A stretch of 64,000 bases of DNA. Source: Patescibacteria group bacterium. Its GTDB lineage: Bacteria; Patescibacteriota; Minisyncoccia; UBA6257; UBA9933. The stretch covers positions 2,216-66,215 of the forward strand of contig JBBUDV010000006.1 of the NCBI GenBank assembly GCA_038057075.1. The letters run 5' to 3'. The notes beneath the pieces are model-generated. The model was given only the letters and a program-made list of their open reading frames with translations. It was not told the DNA's origin and made no database searches. Positions 10,401-18,804 of this stretch are shown here, piece after piece; the first letter of the stretch is position 1, and each line of letters begins with the position of its first letter. Position numbers and translations under genes: made by a program.

Positions 10401-10425
10401 TTATACCATTATCGCCATTACGCTA

Positions 10426-11685
10426 TTATAATGCTTCTTTTGTATAGATATTTGAAGCATTCCAAAGCATAAATCCGCTATATCTTTGTCCCAAAGAATC
10501 CGAAACTGCCTTTATTTGGGCTTTTACCATTTCAAGCGAGTAAATGGCTCCAAGGTTAAAATCCTGCAACCAAGGCCTTATTTTGGCTGTTATTCGAGGT
10601 TTTACAGCCCCAGAAGGCGTTTCTTTAGTGGAAGTTGCGTTTTTCAGATCTTCTTGAGTTTCAAAATTAATCAATCTTTTAACAGCTTCGTCAATGGAAT
10701 ATTTTACTATCTCGTAAGGATATTTAGCTGGATTGGAAAAATTTAAAGTCCCGGGATAATAATGTGATGGATAAACCATTGGACAGACAAAATCAAAATA
10801 TTTATAAGCGTCTTCCAATATCTGGCCTATGCCTAAATCGTCTTTTTGAATTGTCACCAATCCGAAAATATCCGCTGAAATTTTTGTTTCAGGCAACGAT
10901 TCACGAAGATATTTAAAAAATCCGTTGATTATTTTTTTCTTTGGAGTTTTTTGGTCCCAAAAAGAAAAATACATTGAACTCATGTCGCCGTCGGACGGAA
11001 ATCTGATGTAATCAAAATTTATTTCGTCAAAACCGCGGCTTGCGGCGTCTTTGGCAATGGCAATGTTATAATCCCAAACTTCTTTTGAAGTCGGGTCAGA
11101 CCATGCCAAACCTTTTTTGTCATACCAAGTCGGATACGGCGGCGTTGAAGAAGCGTTGGATTTTTTCTTTACCGCCAAATCGGGTCTGGCTTTAGCCAAA
11201 GCCGGGTCCTGAAAAACAGTGATTCTGGCAATGGCATAGATACCGTTATCGTGGAGTTTTTTGAGCAGAGCGTTTATTTTTTTGATTTTAACCTCTTTCG
11301 CCCCGTATTCGTCAATTTGAGGTAAATTTATTTCGTAAGAAACATAACCGGAATAATCTTTAATATCTATAACAACCGCGTTAAGGCCTGTTGTCTTTTT
11401 CAAATTAATTATTTCATTGATTTTCTTTTCACTGCCCCCTGACCACCCGGTCAGATAAACGGCTTTTATTATTTGCGGCGGGTCAATCAGAGGTTTTTGC
11501 GGCTCAATATCAATATTAAGCGGCTTTTTAATTTTTTCCTCCGCAACGGCATTTTTATCGGATTGTGCTATCTGGCTTGATTCTATTTGAAAATTTGTTT
11601 TCTTTGAAAAAACAAAAAAACCGATCCCGATAACCGGCAAAATTAAAGCAAATGAAATTAAATTTATTTTTTTTGAACGCTTCAA
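10426..11685 (-). CDS. Putative glycoside hydrolase (DUF4015)
   Basis: NAVVIDIKD, ARITVFQDP, GFDEINFDYIRFPSDG, PMVYPSHY, RPWLQDF. Confidence 0.85.
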   Translation of the reverse strand: MKRSKKINLISFALILPVIGIGFFVFSKKTNFQIESSQIAQSDKNAVAEEKIKKPLNIDIEPQKPLIDPPQIIKAVYLTGWSGGSEKKINEIINLKKTTGLNAVVIDIKDYSGYVSYEINLPQIDEYGAKEVKIKKINALLKKLHDNGIYAIARITVFQDPALAKARPDLAVKKKSNASSTPPYPTWYDKKGLAWSDPTSKEVWDYNIAIAKDAASRGFDEINFDYIRFPSDGDMSSMYFSFWDQKTPKKKIINGFFKYLRESLPETKISADIFGLVTIQKDDLGIGQILEDAYKYFDFVCPMVYPSHYYPGTLNFSNPAKYPYEIVKYSIDEAVKRLINFETQEDLKNATSTKETPSGAVKPRITAKIRPWLQDFNLGAIYSLEMVKAQIKAVSDSLGQRYSGFMLWNASNIYTKEAL

Positions 11686-11686
11686 A

Positions 11687-12235
11687 TCAATTGATTTTTA
11701 ATAGTTCAACTTCAAAAACAAGCGTGGCGCCGGGCGGTATCGCTCCTGGAACGCCTCTTTCGCCATATCCCAATTCGGACGGAATAGTCAATTTGCGTTT
11801 TTCCCCGACTTTCATGCCCAACAATCCCTGTTCCCATCCTTGGATTACTTGTCCCGCGCCGAGAACAAAAGAAAACGGCTGTCCCCTGTCAATGGAAGAA
11901 TCAAATTTTTCCCCGTCTGTTAATGTACCAATGTAATGGGCAGTAATCTTATCGCCATTTTTGGCGCCTTCACCCTCGCCTTGCTTTAAAATTTCTACAT
12001 TTACCCCGTTAGAAATAATTTGTTTTATATTATTACCTTCGAGATTATTATTGTTGTTTGTATTTGAATTTCTAACGGGGTTTACCATAAGTTTGTTTTG
12101 ATTATTTTCGACTTTTTCAGAGTTAAAATCAATTTTCTTGCTGAAATAATAACCGCCTACAAATACGGCTATTACCAGAATCGCGGTTAAAAATAAATTT
12201 AAAAAATTTTTATTATTCATATAATTTATTGCCAT
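11687..12235 (-). CDS. FKBP-type peptidyl-prolyl cis-trans isomerase with N-terminal anchor
   Basis: [48 protein letters not shown]; start may be 12220. Confidence 0.93.
   Translation of the reverse strand: MAINYMNNKNFLNLFLTAILVIAVFVGGYYFSKKIDFNSEKVENNQNKLMVNPVRNSNTNNNNNLEGNNIKQIISNGVNVEILKQGEGEGAKNGDKITAHYIGTLTDGEKFDSSIDRGQPFSFVLGAGQVIQGWEQGLLGMKVGEKRKLTIPSELGYGERGVPGAIPPGATLVFEVELLKIN
12004..12080. mobile_element. MITE-like element, TIR family A, in frame within FKBP
   Basis: 13-bp TIRs CCCCGTTAGAAAT / ATTTCTAACGGGG flanked by TTTA on both sides; 77+4 = 81 bp (27 codons). Confidence 0.8.
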
Positions 12236-12543
12236 TCACTGAACCCGTGTTCTAAATTATATACGTCTTGAAATCCCATAGGCGCCATAATTTTTTCCGC
12301 GCAAGCGCGGCTGCGGCCGCCTTTTTCGCAATAAACCAGATATTTTTTATTCTTATCCAATTTGTCAATTTTGTTCTGAAAATCCGGAGAATACATGTCT
12401 AAATTAACCGCATTTTCAAGATGTCCGCTGTCAAATTCTTCTTTCGCGCGTACGTCTAAAATTATAAAATCGGCGTTATTTTTATTTCCCTCAATAAGTT
12501 TTTTTGCCGCTTCAGAAGAAATATTTTTAATTTGTTGTTCCAT
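12226..12543 (-). CDS. Rhodanese-like domain protein
   Basis: [20 protein letters not shown] active-site loop. Confidence 0.9.
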   Translation of the reverse strand: MEQQIKNISSEAAKKLIEGNKNNADFIILDVRAKEEFDSGHLENAVNLDMYSPDFQNKIDKLDKNKKYLVYCEKGGRSRACAEKIMAPMGFQDVYNLEHGFSEWQ

Positions 12544-12570
12544 CTCTGGAAAATTATAAATGATTTTCTA

Positions 12571-12610
12571 AAAAATAAAAAGCCCCGCCAGTCCATGAAC
12601 TGGCGGGGCG
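12571..12610 (-). terminator. Intrinsic terminator
   Basis: GCCCCGCCAGT-loop-ACTGGCGGGGC followed by a T-tract on the minus strand. Confidence 0.75.
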
Positions 12611-12694
12611 AATACTACATCCTTCTTTGCAATAGGTAATTGCTCTCAAAAAATATCGCGGACGCATCATAAGCAATACCTCCTTTCATCTTAA

Positions 12695-12877
12695 TTATTT
12701 TTTCGGTTGGCATTGCAGGCAAACTACAGTTGGACATTTTAATATATTTTCTTCGCTTAAAATACCGATATTAGGTTCCCAAACATCATTAATTTTAATC
12801 GCATTGCAACCCGCGCATTTTATGATATTTTCTGCAATATTATTTATTACTTCAGGTCCGCCTTTTATGGTCCGCAT
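12695..12877 (-). CDS. Small CxxC...CxxC protein (putative Zn-binding)
   Basis: ATG 12877 preceded by GGAGAGGGAG; CAGC and CLQC motifs. Confidence 0.55.
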   Translation of the reverse strand: MRTIKGGPEVINNIAENIIKCAGCNAIKINDVWEPNIGILSEENILKCPTVVCLQCQPKK

Positions 12878-12935
12878 AATTTTCTCCCTCTCCAAATTAT
12901 AAATTTGCTAACATAAGAATATCATATTCTAATGT

Positions 12936-13757
12936 TTATGCAATAATTTTGACAAATCTCCACTTTTTATACTGATCTTTGTAAAATATCCATTTTTTAT
13001 ATTTTAATTGCTTTAAAATTTTCCCGATTAATGGTTTTTGAAATGAGTCAAATTCCATCCATATTTGACAGGTTGGTTTAATATATTGAACCGTTTGTTT
13101 TAAGAATTTTTTAATTATTTTAAGTCCGTCTTTTCCCGAGAATAATGCCTTTTTTGGTTCGTATTTTAAAACCTCCTTCTGAACCCTGTTTTTCCGTTTT
13201 AGAGCGACATACGGCGGATTTGCCAAAATAAAATCGTATTTATCTTTCAATAAATTTAAAGAGTGAACGGCTGTATCAATTATATTTTTACCGCTCGGGT
13301 TAACCCGAGCGGTAAAAATATCTGCCCGTATCACGCGATAACGAGATTTGTTGATTCTATTTATTTTCAAATTTAATTTTATCTGCTTTATCAAATTAGA
13401 ATCAATTTCATAAAAATCTACTTTTGAATTTTTTACATTTTTCAGGACAGAAATTCCCACACAGCCGGAACCGGCGAAAACATCCGCTATCTTTAAAGAT
13501 AGCGGCTTAGCATTCACGGAATAATCCAAAATTTTCGCAATTACTTTTTCAACCCAAAATTCCGTTTCCGGACGTGGAATCAACGGCTTAAAAGAAAGGT
13601 CTATTTCACAGTTTAAAAACGGTTTCCATCCTACGATATAATCAACCGGCTCGCCTTTTTTCAACCGTTTTATGTCATTTTCAATTTCCGGTCGGAGTTT
13701 GCCGCCATATTTATCTTTCAAAATCCAACCGATTTCTTTATAAAAATTTTTGGACAT
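12936..13757 (-). CDS. prmC: Release-factor glutamine methyltransferase PrmC/HemK
   Basis: GEPVDYIVG, LIPRPETE, DVFAGSGC, NPPY, EPKKALFSG.DGL. Confidence 0.9.
   Translation of the reverse strand: MSKNFYKEIGWILKDKYGGKLRPEIENDIKRLKKGEPVDYIVGWKPFLNCEIDLSFKPLIPRPETEFWVEKVIAKILDYSVNAKPLSLKIADVFAGSGCVGISVLKNVKNSKVDFYEIDSNLIKQIKLNLKINRINKSRYRVIRADIFTARVNPSGKNIIDTAVHSLNLLKDKYDFILANPPYVALKRKNRVQKEVLKYEPKKALFSGKDGLKIIKKFLKQTVQYIKPTCQIWMEFDSFQKPLIGKILKQLKYKKWIFYKDQYKKWRFVKIIA
13282..13321. repeat. 40-bp perfect palindrome inside prmC
   Basis: ATATTTTTACCGCTCGGGTT|AACCCGAGCGGTAAAAATAT; same core at 17863-17900. Confidence 0.9.
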
Positions 13758-13846
13758 TTTACATATTATAAATGCCTTAATGATAATTATTCAACGGCAA
13801 AATAAAAAGCGCCCCAACAAATAGCGGAACGCAGAATTTAAATTAA

Positions 13847-14344
13847 CTAGATAATCACGACGCATTTTTCATTTTTTCTTTTGCTGGCTCCAAATTCGCC
13901 CAAATACGCCATTGGACCGGCAAAATGAGGATAAGAAAATTTTTTGGCGATTTCTCTTAATTCTTCAATGTCGCAGTTATAAACAAACAACCTTAAACGC
14001 CTTAACATTTTTTCCGCGACATATTCCTCTCCGAAAAATCTAATATGGTCCTTTCCCCAATGTTCGCAATAATCGACGTTGTTTTTGTCCAAAGTCTTTA
14101 TTTCAATATCTACTAATTTCCCGTCGATTACCAGCTTATGCCTACATATCCACTGGATTAGATTGCCGTCAGAACCGACATGTTCATAATCGGTAATTCC
14201 GTATTTTTCGGGATTTTCCATCAATGTCTCAAAAAAATTAATAGCAATGGCTAAAATTATTGATTCATCATGGAGCCACTGAACCGTCAAATTTTTAATC
14301 ATTTCTTTCAAATCGCTTTCTTTGAATAAAAATAATTTTTTCAT
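13847..14344 (-). CDS. Hypothetical protein
   Basis: 165-aa ORF with strong SD (AAAGGAGAGGAG); no recognised motif. Confidence 0.6.
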   Translation of the reverse strand: MKKLFLFKESDLKEMIKNLTVQWLHDESIILAIAINFFETLMENPEKYGITDYEHVGSDGNLIQWICRHKLVIDGKLVDIEIKTLDKNNVDYCEHWGKDHIRFFGEEYVAEKMLRRLRLFVYNCDIEELREIAKKFSYPHFAGPMAYLGEFGASKRKNEKCVVII

Positions 14345-14428
14345 TCTCCTCTCCTTTATAACTGATTTTTTATTTTCAAAGAACCAAACTATTTTAAAAT
14401 ATTAATTTAAAAAATTATAGCTTGTCAA

Positions 14429-14488
14429 TCCCGTTAGAAATACATACAAAATTTAATAAATTTTTACTGCCCTGGATTTCTAACGGGG
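14429..14488. mobile_element. MITE-like element, TIR family A, intergenic copy
   Basis: TCCCGTTAGAAAT ... ATTTCTAACGGGG, flanks TCAA / TTAA. Confidence 0.65.
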
Positions 14489-14491
14489 TTA

Positions 14492-14535
14492 AATAAAAAA
14501 CAGCCCTTTGATAAACTCGGGGCTGTTTTTTATTT
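14492..14535 (-). terminator. Intrinsic terminator of the RRM gene
   Basis: AATAAAAAACAGCCC...GGGCTGTTTTTTATT inverted repeat. Confidence 0.7.
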
Positions 14536-14549
14536 GTTGGTCTATATCT

Positions 14550-14897
14550 TTACCATTCCGCTTTTCTGTGTCCGCCGCCAAATCCTCCTCTGCCTCCACT
14601 GCCTCCGCTACCTCCGCGGAAACCTCCTTCACCTCTCGGTGCTCTGGGTTCCATGGGGCGAGCTTCGTTGACGGTCCAAGTCCTTCCATCAACTTCTTTT
14701 CCGTTGAACATTTCAATAGCTTTATTCGCTTCATCGTCATTGGACATTTCCACAAAACCGAATCCTTTGGAACGGCCTGAAAATTTGTCTTTAATGACGG
14801 TCGCGGATTCAACCGCGCCTGCCTGCGAAAAAGTATTTTTCAAAATGTCTTCTGAAGTGTCATAAGACAAATTGCCAACGTACAATTTCTTTGCCAT
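14550..14897 (-). CDS. RRM (RNP-1) RNA-binding protein with Gly-rich tail
   Basis: RNP2 LYVGNL, RNP1 KGFGFVEM, VNEARP, GGFRGG tail. Confidence 0.93.
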   Translation of the reverse strand: MAKKLYVGNLSYDTSEDILKNTFSQAGAVESATVIKDKFSGRSKGFGFVEMSNDDEANKAIEMFNGKEVDGRTWTVNEARPMEPRAPRGEGGFRGGSGGSGGRGGFGGGHRKAEW

Positions 14898-15065
14898 TTA
14901 TTTGATTATTTCAGTAGGGCGACCCTCTCTAGTTACCCCTTCAAAAGCGCTACTAAACGAGCCCTTGCTAAAAGAAACTAACCGAGAAACCTACCCTCCA
15001 ATTTTTCTTAAATTGGATAAAAATATTATAAATTAAATGTAAATGAAAAGCAACTCTAATGGGGT

Positions 15066-16688
15066 TTACTGACCGAGTAATGATTTAAATAAATTAATCA
15101 CTTTACCCAATAATGACTCGTTTGCCGAAGACGGAGGAGGCAACGTTTCCCCGCTTGGAGGTTGCGCGGGCAACATCATGCCTCCGGGATATTGCTGCGG
15201 CTGTATTTGTATTACTCGCTGTTGTATGTTTTTTAAACATTCCTCGGGATTTTCTGATTTAGAGCAAAATTCTTTACATTCCTCGGGACTACTACAAGGC
15301 GCTTCTGCCGTTCCTTGAGGAAACATTTGAGGCGTTTGCCCCTCTACCTCTACTCCGGGCATCATTATATTTTGAGGGATGCCGGGCATTTGAGGCGCTT
15401 GCATCATATTGCCGGGCTGTTTAGAACCGTATTGTTCAAAACAACTTTTGGCTTTCTGTATAAATTCGCCTTTCTCTTCATCTTTCATAACGCCAGATTG
15501 CAATCTGCCGACGGCATCCTCGCCTAAAGTTGTTCTCAAACATTCCTTCATTTCTTGCGACATTGATTCAAATGAAGGCATACCTGTCGGACGACCGTCG
15601 CCACCGGGGCCCATCTGGCCTCCACCAACGCCTGGCGCGCCCATTACGCTTTCAAAACATGCCCGCATTTTATCTCCAATATCTCTTGGAGGCATAATGG
15701 AACCGCTTTTAAGTTTTTCCATCATTTCCGCGCCGATTGTGGAATTAAGGCATTCAATCACTTTTGGCGGCGCCTGGTTCAATATTTCTTGAAATTTTTG
15801 TTTGCCTCCTTCCATTCTTTGAATATCTTCTTGTTTTATAAAGCCGTATTCTTTCGCAAAATTAAAACAGGATTCTTGGTTTTCGGGACTGCTGCAAAAT
15901 GCCTCGCATTGTTCTTTACCGCGGCAATTGCCCGGACCTTTGCCTCCGGTTTTACGCGCCATTTCAGCTTCTTCAGCAGACATAAATCCGGCCGCCTCGG
16001 CGAATTTCATACATTCTTCAAAATGACTTTCCTCGGAACAATAAACGTCGCATTCCTTCTTGCCGCGGCACTGCGGCGGCTTTGCGCCTTTCTTAATGGC
16101 TTCTAAAACCTTTTGCGATTCTTGCTTTTCGTTTTCATCCATTAATCCGGCCGCCTGCGCGAAAATTATACACTCTTCCATATGGTCAACGCTGCCGCAG
16201 TATAAGTCGCATGATTTTTTATTGCCGCAAGAAGGCGGTTTTACGCCTTGTTTTATAGCAGCTCTCACTTTTTTAGCTTCATCTAATTCTTTTGGAGGCA
16301 ATATGTTGTTTTTTTCGGCAAATGTCACACATTCGTCTATATGGGAAATTTCATCGCAATATTTTTCACAGGAATCCTTTGTCGCGCAATTTCCAGGCCC
16401 TTTGCCGGCTGCTAAAAACTTTCTGGCGACATTAATTTTTTCTTGGCTCATTAAATTGTTCTTTTGGGCGAAATCCAAACACTTTTCCCTGTTTGCCGGC
16501 TTATCGCAATAAGCCCTGCAAGCAATTTCATTTTGGCAATTGCCCAATTCCGTAATAGGATATTGGATATTCGCCGCGACGCTTATGCCTGCGCCGGAAT
16601 CGGTTTGCGCCAGCGCGTTGCCGATTAAAATAACCGAAAATATAATTCCAAAACTTAAAACAATTGCGCTAAGATATTTTGTATTCAT
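15066..16688 (-). CDS. Secreted cysteine-repeat protein
   Basis: Signal peptide; tandem ~44-aa repeats (G)PGNC...C..YC.....EEC..FA..G; Pro/Gln/Met-rich linker; ORF open from 16700. Confidence 0.75.
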   Translation of the reverse strand: MNTKYLSAIVLSFGIIFSVILIGNALAQTDSGAGISVAANIQYPITELGNCQNEIACRAYCDKPANREKCLDFAQKNNLMSQEKINVARKFLAAGKGPGNCATKDSCEKYCDEISHIDECVTFAEKNNILPPKELDEAKKVRAAIKQGVKPPSCGNKKSCDLYCGSVDHMEECIIFAQAAGLMDENEKQESQKVLEAIKKGAKPPQCRGKKECDVYCSEESHFEECMKFAEAAGFMSAEEAEMARKTGGKGPGNCRGKEQCEAFCSSPENQESCFNFAKEYGFIKQEDIQRMEGGKQKFQEILNQAPPKVIECLNSTIGAEMMEKLKSGSIMPPRDIGDKMRACFESVMGAPGVGGGQMGPGGDGRPTGMPSFESMSQEMKECLRTTLGEDAVGRLQSGVMKDEEKGEFIQKAKSCFEQYGSKQPGNMMQAPQMPGIPQNIMMPGVEVEGQTPQMFPQGTAEAPCSSPEECKEFCSKSENPEECLKNIQQRVIQIQPQQYPGGMMLPAQPPSGETLPPPSSANESLLGKVINLFKSLLGQ

Positions 16689-16692
16689 AATA

Positions 16693-16977
16693 TTATTCAA
16701 ATGGATTTGTTTTAATGTCTTTGAACGGATTTGTTTTAGAAATGGGATTTACGTCAGGATTATTAATTGACGGCAAAACGCCTTGCGCCGCGCTTTTTTC
16801 CAATATTTCCCCCGTTTCTCCGATTGTTTGTAAAATTTGTTCCTGCGACGTTGTTTTTGTTTTTTTCCAATAAAAATATCCGCCGACGCCCAACGCGATT
16901 ATAACAACAACGGCGATTATCATAAAAATCGTTTTTTTATTTATGCCGTCTTGATTTAATTTCAATTCGTTCTCCAT
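16693..16977 (-). CDS. Small single-TM protein
   Basis: TM helix IFMIIAVVVIIALGVGGYFYW; C-terminal repeated TNPF; start at ATG 16977 (ORF open from 17022). Confidence 0.65.
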   Translation of the reverse strand: MENELKLNQDGINKKTIFMIIAVVVIIALGVGGYFYWKKTKTTSQEQILQTIGETGEILEKSAAQGVLPSINNPDVNPISKTNPFKDIKTNPFE

Positions 16978-17088
16978 AAGAAATTTACTTATATTTATTA
17001 TAACATATAGATAATTCGGCAAAATGTGGATAATCCAATTTCTAAAAAAATGCCCTTTGACGTTGCGTCAAAGGGCTCTTTTTTCATG

Positions 17089-17286
17089 TTATCCGACCAC
17101 ATATAAATATCCGGCAATTCTGTTGCGTCGCCTCTTGCCATTAAAACATTTAATAGACATAACAGGAATTTTTTGCCTCTGAAAATTGCCTTTTAGACAT
17201 CTGTATGTGATTGCGACAATAACTCTTTTGCGAACGTCATTTCTATTGCAACGCAAACTTTTACATCCAAAACAGAATAATTGCAT
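17089..17286 (-). CDS. Small basic Cys-containing orphan protein
   Basis: SD AAAGGAGG upstream; hairpin terminator GCCCTTTGACG/CGTCAAAGGGC at about 17045-17085 downstream. Confidence 0.5.
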   Translation of the reverse strand: MQLFCFGCKSLRCNRNDVRKRVIVAITYRCLKGNFQRQKIPVMSIKCFNGKRRRNRIAGYLYVVG

Positions 17287-17314
17287 TTCATCGCCTCCTT
17301 TTATCCGATTCTTA

Positions 17315-17401
17315 CATTTGGCAGCGAGTCCACAAAGGGAACTTTAATTTCATTTGCGGCGAGCGAACCAAATGAAAAAATGTTACGCTCTGTGGCATTT
17401 T
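17315..17401. mobile_element. Double-hairpin TTA-flanked element, copy 2
   Basis: TTA|CATTTGGCAGCGAGTCCACAAA...TTTGCGGCGAGCGAACCAAATG-A6-TGTTACGCTCTGTGGCATTTT|TTA. Confidence 0.85.
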
Positions 17402-17547
17402 TTATTGAATTTTAATTATTGGAACTAAAAATAGAATATCACTTAAATACTATTTTGTAAAGTGTTTTACTTTTTGCGCAAAAAGTTCGGCGCAAAAAAA
17501 GGCCCCGACAAAATGTCAGAGCCAAAGCGTTAAAACCGAAGTCTGGA

Positions 17548-17661
17548 CTACTTGGAGGGACAGCCGTAGTGGCACAGTTCACCGCCTCTGGAGCAGCTAC
17601 CGCAGGAGCTGATTGTCACTGTCTTGTTTGCCGGCTCTTTCTTGCTGTCGCCTTTTTTCAT
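17548..17661 (-). CDS. 37-aa Cys-rich peptide (not in ORF track)
   Basis: MKKGDSKKEPANKTVTISSCGSCSRGGELCHYGCPSK; SD AAAAGGAG, upstream TTGACA..TGCTATTTT promoter, downstream hairpin plus U-tract. Confidence 0.6.
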   Translation of the reverse strand: MKKGDSKKEPANKTVTISSCGSCSRGGELCHYGCPSK

Positions 17662-17750
17662 GCCAGATCTCCTTTTTGTCCGGATTCCTACTTATCCGAC
17701 ATCTAGCCGGCTTGTGGATTCCGAACCATCCTTGGTCATGTTCTGATTAA

Positions 17751-17779
17751 AAAATAGCATATTTATATCAGATTGTCAA
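17751..17779 (-). promoter_or_regulatory. Sigma70-type promoter for the small peptide gene
   Basis: TTGACA (-35), 17-nt spacer, TG-n-TATTTT (extended -10). Confidence 0.55.
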
Positions 17780-17862
17780 GTATTTTAAAACATCATTATT
17801 CGCTTTTATGGAACTTTAATAATTATAGCGCAATTTGTCGTTTTGTGAATAACCTTAAATGA

Positions 17863-17900
17863 TATTTTTACCGCTCGGGTTAACCCGAGCGGTAAAAATA
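17863..17900. repeat. 38-bp perfect palindrome (same as in prmC)
   Basis: TATTTTTACCGCTCGGGTT|AACCCGAGCGGTAAAAATA, 5 nt past the CAP gene stop. Confidence 0.9.
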
Positions 17901-17905
17901 GTTGA

Positions 17906-18787
17906 TTACTGAAGACATTGATTCAATAAAAACACTTGATTGTTATAAGTTTCAATTATTGTCTTTGTTTGATTAATAAGAGTGTTATACCTGTTTACCA
18001 GCTCATTATATTCTTCTATTTTTTGATTTAAGGAAGGATCGCCTCTTTCCATACTTTCAATCTCGGCCTTTTTCGTTTCAAGAATTGCCGCTAATTGTTC
18101 TATCTCTTTTTTATTAGTATTAATCGCTGATTTTAAATTCTGTTCAATTGCCGGACAATCGGAAGTCGGCCGGCCGAATTCCTGAACCGCAATCCAGACT
18201 TCTTTTCCCTGATAAATTCCTTTCAACGCCGCTACTCCTATTTCTTTATATTTAGAATTTAAGATATTAGCGCGATGCCCCGAAGAATTCATCCAACCTT
18301 CTACCACTGCTTTGTCATTTTCAAAATTTCCCAAAATTAAATTCTCGCCAACTTCCAAATAATCATAGCCCGCTTGTTTTGCCAACTCCGCCGGACCAAC
18401 GCCGTCAACGGGTGAGATATGCTCAAAATATTGATTTTTAAACATATCCCGCGCTTTAGCCAAAGCCGCCTTATTTAAATTTTCATTCTCTTTAAGCGTT
18501 GGAAGTACGGCCATTGCTCTTTCAGTATTAGTCCAAATAATTATTCCTAACGAAGTTAAATTTAATTTATGAACTTCAAAAATTTCTTTAACTATCTTAA
18601 GCGGCGGAGCGGAAATATTTTCAGCGGCTGATTGCGGCGCGGTCAAAAATTCGTTGAATTTTTGATTGGGTTTTAAAGGTTCGGAAAGCGGTTTAGTAGC
18701 CGGCAACTGAAAATTTTTTAAATCGTTTTGAAAAACAAACAGCCCGATTAAAATAAATAAAGCGACAATTAATAACCTAAAAGACAT
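17906..18787 (-). CDS. CAP (SCP/PR-1) domain protein with C-terminal coiled coil
   Basis: YFEHISP, GENL, GWMNSSGHRANIL, VQEFG. Confidence 0.9.
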   Translation of the reverse strand: MSFRLLIVALFILIGLFVFQNDLKNFQLPATKPLSEPLKPNQKFNEFLTAPQSAAENISAPPLKIVKEIFEVHKLNLTSLGIIIWTNTERAMAVLPTLKENENLNKAALAKARDMFKNQYFEHISPVDGVGPAELAKQAGYDYLEVGENLILGNFENDKAVVEGWMNSSGHRANILNSKYKEIGVAALKGIYQGKEVWIAVQEFGRPTSDCPAIEQNLKSAINTNKKEIEQLAAILETKKAEIESMERGDPSLNQKIEEYNELVNRYNTLINQTKTIIETYNNQVFLLNQCLQ

Positions 18788-18804
18788 TTCTGTTTTTTAT
18801 TGCC

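Noticed and set aside
12554-12670. 38-aa ORF after a strong AAAGGAGGT
   Set aside because: Reads through a clear terminator hairpin, so not called as a CDS; only the SD is noted
14489-14812. 107-aa alternative-frame ORF over the RRM gene
   Set aside because: Overlaps a clear RRM gene and runs through its terminator
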